Source of the DNA: Eledone cirrhosa
Taxonomy: Eukaryota
DNA length: 64,000 nucleotides
Direction: 5' to 3'
Assembly: GCA_964016885.1 (NCBI GenBank)
Contig: OZ024744.1
Coordinates: 72,106,001-72,170,000, forward strand
Shown here: positions 1 through 12,500 of the stretch, one piece after another
How positions within the stretch are numbered: the stretch's first letter is position 1
Layout of the letters: each line of letters starts with the position of its first letter
The notes under the pieces: model-generated
What the model saw: only the letters and a program-made list of their open reading frames with translations
Database searches by the model: none
What the model was told of the DNA's origin: nothing
Position numbers and translations under genes: made by a program

Positions 1-22
1 TTGAGACTAGTAAAATGAGGTA

Positions 23-112
23 TCCTCTTGATAAGTCGGCAGACCTCGCAGGGACTCTATATCTTTATGATATACTGTTTTTGTTTATGCCACGAAACTA
101 CGTAGTCGAGGA
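23..112 (+). ncRNA. Type I hammerhead ribozyme (U3-A8 core variant, palindromic stem III)
   Basis: Stem I TCCTC(23-27)/GAGGA(108-112); core TTGATAA(28-34); stem II GT(C)GGCA...TGCCAC; GAAA(94-97); palindromic ACTACGTAGT(97-106); GUC cleavage site after 107. Confidence 0.75.
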
Positions 113-615
113 ATTTAGGAGCAGTTTAGGTATGATACATTTTATTACTAATTATATCTAAATGTTTCTTCTCTCTTCATAATGTATTTTTAACTCTGAT
201 ACTGGTTCAGTCTAGTTCAACTGAATTGGTCTGTCCCGGTCATTCATTGAGCAACATCGGTGAAGTTGGCACCCTTAACTCACAGTTGGGTGCGGATGCA
301 TTCATGTATATATGTGTGTCCGCATGTATCTGTGTGTTTCTAAATATATTGTTAATAACTCCCTCTGGTCGAGCAATCTTTGAAGTGTGGGGACAACTGG
401 AAAGCTTCCATTACTCATACTTCTAGCCTTCTTCACCACCTCTTCTGCGGCCTCGATATGAATACCCCCTCCGCCTCCGTGGTATTTTCTTCGTGGTTAT
501 AAGAGGCTTAGCTCTGTTTCTCGACCGTTATATCGCGTGACTATCTCCCCCTCCGCCTTTTGGGATTCTTTCTCACGTCGTGTAGACGCGTTCTTGAGAC
601 TAGTAAAATGAGGTA

Positions 616-705
616 TCCTCTTGATAAGTCGGCAGACCTCGCAGGGACTCTATATCTTTATGATATACTGTTTTTGTTTATGCCACGAAACTACGTAGTC
701 GAGGA
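616..705 (+). ncRNA. Type I hammerhead ribozyme, second copy
   Basis: Same sequence as 23-112, offset by 593 bp. Confidence 0.75.
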
Positions 706-936
706 ATTTAGGAGCAGTTTAGGTATGATACATTTTATTACTAATTATATCTAAATGTTTCTTCTCTCTTCATAATGTATTTTTAACTCTGATACTGGTT
801 CAGTCTAGTTCAACTGAATTGGTCTGTCCCGGTCATTCATTGAGCAACATCGGTGAAGTTGGCACCCTTAACTCACAGTTGGGTGCGGATGCATTCATGT
901 ATATATGTGTGTCCGCATGTATCTGTGTGTTTCTAA

Positions 937-1082
<146 letters not shown>

Positions 1083-2175
1083 CAGTTGTACATCTACGTA
1101 TGCCAATATCAATACTTCTGCATCTGAAAATGAACTTATTCATCTGCATATACGAATATACACACGTTTAATTACGAAACTGTGTACAGTATACGTACAT
1201 TAGCATATCGGCATATTTATATTTAATCGATACAGAAATTAATTTGGATCTTTATTTTATCCCTTAGTTATAGTCGATGAGCAGTAGCTTTGAACATTTT
1301 ACTTCCCCCACAAACTGCTGACAAGTTAGTTTGTGTTAAATTTACACATCAGCTGGTTAGTAAGGAATCTCCGCTTTTATTTATAATGAATATGTGAAAA
1401 GAAACTAGGGGTTGACGTCCGAAGAAAATGTGTAATGATTGTGTCACTTTGGGGATTGTCTATATAGCACTAAAGTGATGCCTACGTACGACAGAATGAA
1501 GTAGATTAAGCTAGTCTATCATCACTATGGGAGTGTATATTTAGATGTGACAGCAACTATGTCGATAATTTACAGAGAATTGTGGGACAGAGAATGTATC
1601 TTCTGCGTATTCTGCAATCAAATATATTCCTACCCAATATATAAGAGAGAGTACAAGACTCAAGCCATCAGACAATGCTTACATTGGTTTCATTTATACC
1701 AAAATATTAATGAATTCATCCAACTCATTGGATAAAGTCACCTCTGGTCACCCCTGTTTAATTTCAGTTATCGTGTGAACCTCGCCTATGGTTTATACAT
1801 AATTAAAAATACAATAACTTAGTTTAAGATTAGCTAATAGCATAGAGAGAGTGTTATCTTTTCATCATTCTATTTTTTCTGTCTGCATCTTCCTTTTCAT
1901 TTCCGCCTCCAACATATTTGCCAGTGGCTCTATGGGGATCTTGAATTCATATGTTCGTGAGGGTATTTTTTTCCACATTGTGCGTGGGAGGTGGGGATAT
2001 AAGGATATGTTAAAAACCACGTAGTATCTAATGCATCCTTATGCGGTGAATCAACTACAGAGATTGAGAGAGAGAGAAAGAGGGAGAGAGAGAGAGAGAG
2101 AGAGAGAGTAGAAGAGTGTTATATCCACCAGAATTAGAAATTTACACAAAGAAAAGAAATAGATTAATAACAATT

Positions 2176-2353
2176 GTTTCTACTTTTGACACAAGGCCAG
2201 CAATTATCCCAGTGTATTACTGGTACTTTATTTTATCGACCCCGTAAGGATGAAAGGCAAAGTTAACCTCGGCGGGATTTGAACTCAGACAATAAAGGGC
2301 CGTAACTCTTTTCTGCAAAGCATGGCGACAGACTCTCTACAGATACTGCCAAT
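2176..2353 (-). mobile_element. tRNA-derived SINE (family A)
   Basis: Minus strand: A-box-like TGGCAGTATC, B-box GAGTTCAAATCC, 3' end ggccttgtgtcaaaagtagaaac plus ATT tail; about 10 copies in the window. Confidence 0.85.
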
Positions 2354-2476
2354 AATGGTATCCAGTATATTTGTTGTCTTTTGTTTAAGGTTCTAATGTT
2401 GTCTTTTCTAACTGTTCCCGAACCTTTCAAAATCGTATAATTATTTAATTAATTGCCGCTAAGATATATATATATA

Positions 2477-2505
<29 letters not shown>

Positions 2506-2511
<6 letters not shown>

Positions 2512-2958
2512 TAATAAAAATAATGAATAAAAACAAAGAAACAGTTCCTTATATTAAAAAATTTATCGTTTCTAGGATATATATGTGTGTGTTAGTATGT
2601 ATATCCTATAGATCTATGTAAAAATTTATCGTTTCTATATATATATGTGTGTGTTAGTATGCATATCCTATAGATCTATGTAAACATTTTACAAACTATC
2701 AGAGGGAATATACATACCTACACATATATATGCTGTCTTATTATTCAGATTATTATTATTATTCAGATTATGTCTGAAGACAGCATATATATGTGTAGGT
2801 ATGTATATTCCCTCCGATAGTTTGTAAAATGTTTACATAGATCTATAGGATATACATAGTAACACACACATATATATCCTAGAAACGATCGTAAACTGAT
2901 GAATTTTTAATATAAGGAACTGTTTCTTTGTTTTTATTCATTATTTTTATTAATTTAT
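2506..2958. repeat. Fold-back inverted repeat with a degenerate long-stem-II hammerhead in the right arm
   Basis: Left arm ataaattaataaaaataatgaataaaaacaaagaaacagttcc... is the reverse complement of 2905-2958; CTGAAGA at 2774, GAAA at 2882, palindromic ACGATCGT then A at 2885-2893. Confidence 0.75.
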
Positions 2959-3292
2959 CTTGACTCTGTTTTCCTGTAATTTTCATCGAAAAAATGTTTG
3001 AATACATCTTCTCTTTTCATGATATTTGGATTACATTGATACAGATTGGACACTACCGTATATTTTGGTAGATTTATCTATATATATATATATATATATA
3101 TTGTTATACTTGGGGGGGGGGGATCATATTGTTGTTATAATATTGCCATATATAATAACAGAACACACTAACTGTTTGGTTGCTTTTCGCTTCGTGTCTT
3201 TTATATTCCTATGGTTAATTTATTTGGCAACCAACGTTTATCATTGTTTGACTAACGGTTAAAAATACAGATATAAATATATATATATAGTC

Positions 3293-3336
3293 TATCAAAG
3301 TTCTTTCGTTGTACATCTGCAACATCATCAGTGGTA
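3293..3336 (-). ncRNA. Minimal type I hammerhead (family B, diverged copy)
   Basis: Minus strand: tacca CTGATGA t GTTGCA gatg TACAAC GAAA gaa CTT tgata; the flanking 3099-3290 is a diverged copy of the 25592/47224 family. Confidence 0.6.
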
Positions 3337-3375
3337 CTATTATGTTCCCCCTTATTGTATTGTATTGTAATAATT

Positions 3376-3550
3376 GTTTCTACTTTAGGCACAAGGCCAG
3401 CAATTAACCAGTACATTACTGGTACTTTATTTTATCGACCCCGTAAGGATGAAAGGCAAAGTTAACCTCGGCGGGATTTGAACTCAGACTGTAAAGGGAC
3501 GTAACTATCCTAGAAAGCATGGCGTCCAACCCTCTACCGATACTGCCAAT

Positions 3551-3554
<4 letters not shown>
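3376..3554 (-). mobile_element. tRNA-derived SINE (family A)
   Basis: Same consensus as 2176-2353; the tail abuts taataat. Confidence 0.85.
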
Positions 3555-3587
<33 letters not shown>

Positions 3588-3592
<5 letters not shown>

Positions 3593-4445
3593 ACATTCAT
3601 TTAAATTATTGATGTATTGTTTTATTGATATTTTTTATCTGTTTGTCCCGAATCTTCTATTATCGATTTTTTATCGTATGGTTGATTGTAGACTTGTTCT
3701 ATGTGTGACGGTATTTTAACGATAGTTATAGCTCTGATTCATCTGAATTATTGAGCCCTCTGCCGCTCATTTCGAATATTGTTTATCGTGAACTCGTGCG
3801 CCGATTTTTCGATACTCGATCTTTCTAATATTTTTAGCTCTGGACATAGCTATCCACCAGTTAATTTTATTGCTCATTTTTTGTCGATTCTATTGAGTGA
3901 TGAATAGCTCTTGTTTTATTTTAACATGTCTATTGAGCACTCTTATTCGATATGTGTATTTCCACATTTCCTCGAATAGTTTTCGCGGTGTAGAGGTTAT
4001 CTCCCTTGTCGAAATCCATGTGCGTATTTCGCTTGTGGTTAGCCCCTTATCCGCTAGGAAAAAGCTCGTTGATGAAGTAAACTCCATTCCTCTTGCTCTA
4101 GTAGCCTTATATATTTATATGTGAGCTTATAGAGTACAGTCTAAGGATTTACAGAAACCCAAGAAGCTAGATTTAACACCTTTCTAGTGGGTCCGGGTAT
4201 GATTTTACATTCATTTAAATTATTGATGTATTGTTTTATTGATATTTTTTATCTGTTTGTCCCGAATCTTCTATTATCGATTTTTTATCGTATGGTTGAT
4301 TGTAGACTTGTTCTATGTGTGACGGTATTTTAACGATAGTTATAGCTCTGATTCATCTGAATTATTGAGCCCTCTGCCGCTCATTTCGAATATTGTTTAT
4401 CGTGAACTCGTGCGCCGATTTTTCGATACTCGATCTTTCTAATAT
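3588..4445. repeat. About 245-bp near-perfect direct repeats (3588-3831, 4202-4445) flanking a 370-bp spacer, bounded by (TA)n
   Basis: attttacattcatttaaattattgatg...cgatctttctaatat occurs twice, period 614. Confidence 0.85.
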
Positions 4446-4694
4446 ATATATATATATATAAATATATATATATATGTAATTATGTATACGTACATACATA
4501 TATGTATACAGACGTACAGCAGTATATATATATATATACATACATACATGCACACACATATATATGTACGTATGTGTTTACCGAACATTTATTATAATGT
4601 TCCGTTTGTTTGTAAACAAACAGCCGTATAAATCTTCACTCTCTATATGACAACGCTGTCTTAGTTTCCGTATCTCCCTTCAATATATACACAC

Positions 4695-4760
<66 letters not shown>

Positions 4761-5130
4761 TCGGAAGGACAATGTGACACGGGAGGGTGTGTGGTATCTT
4801 TGCAGTGGAGTGGTGGGGCAGGTATACCTAGCCGGACGCCAGCCGGACGGGCCAGAGTTTATACCATAAACGTAGTTGTCTCTTTGCGTGTAATTGTTCT
4901 CACCGCTCCACATAATGACGTATTGTCTTCGCTTTTCTTCCGTTCATTGCCAGGGAACGTCTCCACGAATCAAAGTATCGGCTTCCTGTTTTCCTTCAGT
5001 TGCAACGTTTTTCGAAATATTTACTTCTGAGTTCACAGACTGATTTTTCTAGTTTCAGGGTGAAAGCAGCGATTCTTTGTTTAAACTTTTACCTGTTATT
5101 TTAATAAATAAATATATATATATAAACTTA

Positions 5131-5298
5131 CTGGCACTCCGTCGGCTAAGACGACAGTGTTGCAGTTGATACGTTCAACCGGGCAGCCTAACCTGCTCGT
5201 GAAATGAGTGTGCAAGTGGCTGAACATTCTATAGACAGACTCGGGAACCCTTAGCGTAGTTCTCAGGGAGATTCAGTGGGACACAGCATGTGGCAAGG
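5131..5298 (+). mobile_element. Interspersed repeat/SINE fragment (family C)
   Basis: Homologous to 43866-44040 (shared gttgatacg...ctcgtgaaat...aagtggctga...cgtagttct...ggagattcag blocks). Confidence 0.65.
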
Positions 5299-6436
5299 TT
5301 GTTTAATCGCGCACAGATCATGCCAACAGAAATATTTTATTTTCCTATTGCACGAGCCGGCAACTTTGTGTGGTCTTCTCAAATTAAATCTTGCAAAACC
5401 ATAACCGGGCTGAGAGCTGAAAATGTGTGTGTTTTTGTGATCTTGTCTCATTCATTTTCTTCCTTTACTTATTTCTTACTATCACTTCTACGGATCAGCA
5501 CACTGTTCGCCATTAATGTCTGTCCTTTAGCTAATGTTTACCCGACGCTCTCATTGATGGCATTTTGCTATGTTAATATCTATTCTTGCGTTGTGTGTTT
5601 CTCATTATTCTATGAATTCTAATACATTCGCACTCTACTTCGATCTAGGAGACAACTTCGGTTATATATATATATATATATATACAAGTGTGTTGTGTCC
5701 GAATATTTAAAGTCACTGCCGTCATATCATATAATAACCCATTCACAATTCGTATATTTTGAGACAGATAATTTTGTGCTTACGTAAAACCTTTTCATCC
5801 AATATGTTCACATTGATATATTGTGATATTTTTGTCTTTTATTTTTTTCCTAATCTAGCGAGTGGGGGCTTGCGATACCCCTACGCCTCTCATACCCACC
5901 TACTAAATTACTGTGAACGTTTACATCCACCACCATCTCCGCCCTGCACCACACACACAAACACACACACACACACACATACACATACACACATACACAC
6001 ACCTCACCATGCCACCAGCGAAAGGCCATATTTGTTTCATAACTGAATCTGTCTAGACATAATCTTTAACTAATGGTTTATTTTCTTCTCTGAGCCACAT
6101 TTAAAAGATAGCTTATCAAGTTTAATAAGTGACAACAACAACAGCAATAACAGTAACAGCCACAGCAACTGCGCTAACAATAACAACAACAAAATCAAAA
6201 TAAAAGAAAACAATAACAGCAGGATTAGCAACAACAAGTAGAGCAGCGACAACAACTACAACACAATATCAGCATTAGTAACAACTACAGCATCGTCTTC
6301 TACAACAAGAAATTTCTTGAGACATACCTTCTGCTGTATTTAGACCGATTTTCGCCATGTATTTATTTTTATCACTCATGACGTCTGTCAAATTTTGTAC
6401 CCCATATACAGGATGTGATCACTCCTACTCCCCCCT

Positions 6437-6790
<354 letters not shown>

Positions 6791-7486
6791 TGCAGACAAT
6801 TGTGTCCTTAATGTAACTATGAATTATGAGTACAATTACGCAGTTTTAACTCGCAAGGTGGGGATCGACTGAGACCGCAGTAAAAGACGCTCTCCCAAAA
6901 TAGAACACAATGAGATTGAACGTACGATATATTAACTAGGGATCCTGGATTTCCACTCAAAACGTAAAGAGACGTAACTCTTTGCCACGGAAATAAAAGA
7001 CCATGTGACCTCTGCGCCGCTGAGGCCTTGGACATACTCTACGCCACAGACCACATCTTAAACAAAATATCTGAGGCAATTTCGGCTTGTAAACATAAAT
7101 TGCACAAAGTTTTCCTGTATTACAGCCCCACATTATACCCTAACGGATAGTACGATCTATACGCGGATAATTTACGTCTTGATGTGGTAGCTAAGTATAT
7201 GTTATGTTTATACCATTACTTATTTGTATAGGTAAGTATATATTACCTGTATGTTTTGTGAAGGTACGTATACTTTCTCGTAAGTATATCTGATTGTATA
7301 TGTTATGGCGTATATTTTATATATTCTGGTACATGTGCATTTGGTTATGTGTATGCGTGAGTTTTGCGTCTATGTGAGTATGCGGGTTCGTACGTATCTA
7401 GGGTGTGTGTATATGTGTACTTCGTGTTTTGATTGACGTACGTCTCCGAACATATGTGTATACAGACGCTTTAAGAATCCAACACC

Positions 7487-7592
<106 letters not shown>

Positions 7593-8310
7593 TAGAAAAG
7601 GGAAGTAAGGTTCTTTACAAAACAGTAGATATAGAGAAACGGTGAAGTTGGAAATAGCACGGAAAATATAGTTGCGGGTCTGTTTTTCTTTGTGTTTATT
7701 CTTTCTTTGATTGTCAAAGCGACATTATCGAAAAGATGACATTATTGAAAAAATGAGAGGGACAATTCTTTTAAAAAAAAATGTTATAATGTATATAAAG
7801 TATATAAAGTATTACTGGTTTCGATGCATTATTAAAATTCATCTTATCAAATGTTGAGTATTGAAATAAAAAATTAAAAAGAATTAATAGGAGTTAAAAA
7901 CTAAAAATTAAAGATTTAAAATTAAAATCAAATGTTGGAGTAAGTTTTTTCCCATCTTTCCTGCTCAAAATTTAGCTGGAGAATGAGTTCTTGTTAATAG
8001 AGAGGTGGTAGTGAAGATAGCAGCAGCCATATTTCTTCACAGAACAAAGTTGTTGGGGGGGGGGATATCCTGTAAATACGTGTGTGTATATCTGATTGTG
8101 TTAATTGACTGGTCAAGAGTTCAAAAGAGAATTATAAGCCAGATGTAAATTCTATGGCAGCAGCAGGAGTGTAAGAGGAATTCTATTATTGGAATATGGT
8201 TTTAGGGAGTGTGTGTATCTATCTATCTCTATATATATATATATATATAGTGTGAGGGTATATATATAACAATATACACATGTGTGTGTGTGTTATATAC
8301 ATATGATCAT

Positions 8311-9450
8311 TTTGATATCACTATGGGATCAAGTGGCTCCGCACAGAACACTGACTTAGTTGATCTTTTCCCACAAAGGTAAAAAGTTTCTTCCCTTTAT
8401 TTGAAGGGGCCTTTTATCGTGATGATACTCTCTTCACTATTGGTAAGAATAATAGAAATCTAGAAACAACTAAGAAACGCCTACACATACATTTTAAAGG
8501 ATATAATTTAACTATAACCATTGATAATAATAATAATGTAGGAAATATCTCTTACGTAACATTTGATATTTATTTCGGGAAATACAAACCTTTTCATAAT
8601 CCCATTAAACAGCTTTTCTATGTCAATAATATGTCTAATCACACTAGATCCATACTTAAATCCATAGTAAACAACGTATCTAAGATGATTCCTAGACTTT
8701 CTTTCAATGTGCGCTACATTATATTAGCAAGACCAGGATATAATGAAAAAAAATCCAGTATAATATGAATTATAATAAGGGAAACAAATTCTAAAGTTAT
8801 CTTGCATAATATGACTTGACTTAAATCTAGCTCGAACATAAATTTTACACCCAACATAAATTATTCTAAATGGTGCAGTAAGGTATCAAATATCGCTTTT
8901 GGTAATAATGCAGGTAATCTTAAACCTAACGCTTATAGGAATAACAAATATAAATGAAAACATCTTGATTTGTTAACTAGAGTAACAATAATAACAAGAA
9001 TGATCACTAATTATAATGATTATAACAATAAACATATTAGTGTAAGGCCTATAAAAAATAAATCTAAATTTCTACTAATTGATCCTAACACTCTTAACCC
9101 CTTTCGGTATAAAAATAGTCAATCTTATAAAAATAGTAACGTACTGAATCTTAGTAAACCTACCCACATAATCTCCATCAATCAGTAATAGTTAATTCTC
9201 AACCCAGAGCTAAAAAATCTAATCGTAGGAGGCCTGCTACCTAGTTTAATCCACCATTTAGCAAACATGTGGCTTCTCATATACCGAAATTATTTTTTGG
9301 TATACTCGAGAAAAAACTTTCCCCAATCTCATAAATACCATATGTTACTGAATATAAATATAACAAAAAATCACTCTCAGCCACTCCTAATCGAGCTGAT
9401 TATATAATTTCTAGTAATAACAGCAAACTAAAGTCATGAAATAAGATAGA
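8311..9450 (+). pseudogene. Decayed Penelope-like element reverse transcriptase
   Basis: Translated fragments FDITMGSSGSAQNTDLV (8311 on), FYRDDTL (about 8411), VTFD..GKYKPF, YVNNMSNH and FNPPFSKHV (about 9246) match the order of PLE RT motifs; many frameshifts. Confidence 0.65.
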
Positions 9451-9454
9451 TGAC

Positions 9455-9511
<57 letters not shown>
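9455..9511. repeat. (AAT)n microsatellite / LINE tail and target
   Basis: Direct reading; abuts the 3' end of the minus-strand LINE. Confidence 0.95.
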
Positions 9512-9513
<2 letters not shown>

Positions 9514-12500
9514 TTTCATTTATTAGCCACAAGGGCCGACATGTAGGGGACAATACAAAGACAGGGACAGTGGGGGTTTACAATAAGGTCGAGTGCACAA
9601 TGGCAAGACTAATTTAACAATGGAAATATAAAAATATAAAATAAACAATGCATAAATATAACAAAATAAATTCCCCTATAGGGGGTGGACGACCCAGGGG
9701 TGACTCAGGTACCCCACCAATCCTGAACCACCCTGCGCTTCTAGGGCACCCAGGGAGAGCACCCTTCTCCTCAAGTTAGCTAGCCTATAGGCGCATAGTC
9801 AGAGTAGGCCCATTCACACGGGCCATTCTCGCCACATTCATCCACCTTTTAGCAAATGTAGTGGGGGGCAGCACTTCTCTCTCCACCCTCACCTTCCTTT
9901 CCAGGTGAAGTTTAAAGAAGTTGATGAGGGATTGGCCGAAGAGAAAAGTGTCTGTCTTCAGTCCTTTTAATCTGGTCCACCATATAACCTCTTTCGCAAC
10001 GGCCACCAGACAGAGGAAAATTGCCTGCTCTTCCTGACCTAAGGAAGGCGGCGGGTCGATCTTCACTATGGACTCGGCCGATAACCGGATCCGTTCTACA
10101 CGCGACATTAGCTGTTCGACATAACTCCACAAGTCAGTAATGCACGGACATTGGACAAGTGCGTGCAGAACGGTTTCGTCGCTCTGTGCGCATTTTGGGC
10201 AGGTCCGTCTGACAGCACTTCCGTGCCTGTATAGTTTATCCCGAACCGGCAGTGTCCCCCGGTAGCACTGCCAAGCGAGGGATTTCTGGAAATTATCCAT
10301 CGTCCCCGGCTCGAAAGTCCTCCGGTACATACTGGTCAGTTCGACTTCGTCGAGGCCCAAAGTTTCTCCGAGTGCGTCATCGCACTTGCAAACCACTAAT
10401 CCTATATAAAACGCTTGGTAGAGGGAAGTGAGTGCCTGGCAAAATTCCAGGTGCCAATCACCCAGTCTCGGTCTCTTCTTCACCCAGGACTGCAGCTCAT
10501 CAAAGAAACGAGCTACAGAAAGGCCCGTCTGATAAACGGCGACCACGCCTGTTCACCGTTTAGGCAGAATATCTGGTGATGTCGCAGCTTCAGCGCATGT
10601 CTGCGAATCATTAACCACGGCATTCCAATCCCTCCGCGTAGAGGGTGCTGGCAGCAGATGGACCGCCTCACCAACGGAACTTGTCCTTTCCACAAGAATA
10701 TGAAGAAGAGCCGTTCCAACTTGACGAGGCGCGGACGGAGTCAAGGCACGACGGTCAGGCGGTAGTAGATGAGCAACTTTATCGGTCCGTCCGTCCAGCG
10801 CCTAACGACGCTGTTGGACGGCATAAGTTTGCCTCTCCAGGTTCCAAGCTACAAGCCCACCGACTTTTCCGGGTTAAGTTTGGCTCCTGTCAACCTTTCA
10901 TATTCCTTCAATAAGGTGCCGACCACCTCGATTTCTGAGGTGTTCGACACCAGCTCGGTGATGTCATCCGCATAAGCCGACACCGCCTTTCCAGTCCCGG
11001 TTCGAGTGGGATGCCCTGCAACAGCTCCAGCTTCCGCAGTAAAAGCTCGAGAGTCAATACGTACAGAAGGGAAGAGAGAGGGCACCCTTGACGAACCTAT
11101 TGAGAGAGCCGAAATGGTTCCTAGAGGTGGCCATTAACCTTGACCACCGAGAGTGTGCCGCTGTGCATTGCAGCGATGAAGTTTCTGAAGACAGGGCCGA
11201 AGCCAGTTGCTTTGAGATCAAACTCCAGATACCGATGGTCGACCCTATCGAATGCTTTCGATTGATCTAAATTGATCAGTGCCCCATCGAAGCCAGGTTT
11301 ACACCCTACCCTCACTATGATGTATCGCATGAGGTGGAGATTGTCGTGTATGGACCTGGCTAGGATTGCACAAGTTTGCGCCTCCCCAACCAAATCCTCG
11401 ACGACAAACGCCAATCTCTTTGCTAACACCTTGGCCAAAATCTTATACTCTGTGTTGAGCAGTGTTATGGGCCTGAAGTTGTCTAATGTATCCCTCTTGT
11501 TCTCGTCTTTCCTTATCAGCGTCCCCACTCCCCAGCTCACAGAACTGGGAATACTTCCATTCTGTTGCCAGTTGCAGTAGAGTGTTTCGAGGAGATCGGA
11601 GAACAAGTCTGACATATTTACATAAAGCTCATAGGGCAGGCCATCCAAACCGGGTGACTTGCGCCTCATGCAGCCGACAAGGGGGTCCTGAATTTCGGCT
11701 GAAGTAATCGGCCTTTCGCAGCGCTCAGCGTCGACCGTCGAGATGCGCGGCAGGCCGTCAAGGTAGGGACTGAAATCCGCTACTCTCTCTGACTCGCCAC
11801 TCTCCCCGAACAACCGAGCAAAGTGCTGGCGAAAGGCCTCACACATCCGCTTGGAATCGCTTATCTCGTGTCCGTCTCGGTCCGCCAACGACTGAATTGT
11901 GGCTTTATTACCTGCTGTGCCTCCGCCACGCGGGCCCATCGAACAGCTTTGGATCCCTCGTTTTCAACGCACGCGCCTTCGTGTTTGGCATTGAAGAAAT
12001 GGTCTAATGCCATTCTCGCCGCTAGCACGTCAGTTGCAAGGCCACTACAATTAGCCTCGTCTAACTTATCTACCAGCTCCCCCTCCTTTCTATTTTTCTC
12101 TAACGCTAGTTCTTTGCTGAACCCTATCGAAGGTACTCTAATCTCTCTTTTAAGAGCCCCACCCCACCCCCACCATCTGTTGTTGATGATCCATCCTGTC
12201 AACGTTTGCTTAACTAAATTTTTGACTCGGTCCCTGTAAGCCTTACGTGCCGGAAATGACATGTTCAGCTTCCAGTAACCCGGTCCCAACCTACGCGTTT
12301 TATCTAGGTCGACTCAACAGATCACAAATTTGTGATCTGAATAGGCGACCGTTTTCAAAACTGGGCAGCCTACACTATTTCTATCTATTTTCCTAATGAA
12401 GATTCTGTCTATATACGATCTAGATGGCCCTATGCGGTTGGTCCACGTCCACACTGGTGCATTGGGGAAATCTAGTCGATACCTGTCAGACAGTTAGAAC

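Noticed and set aside
536-549. 14-bp match cgtgactatctccc shared with 44127-44140
   Set aside because: At 44127 it is retrotransposon coding sequence; there is no extended homology, so it is likely chance
4760-5060. GC-richer unique stretch with splice-acceptor-like sites and a TGACGT motif
   Set aside because: No convincing ORF or exon pair; a promoter or exon cannot be supported from sequence alone
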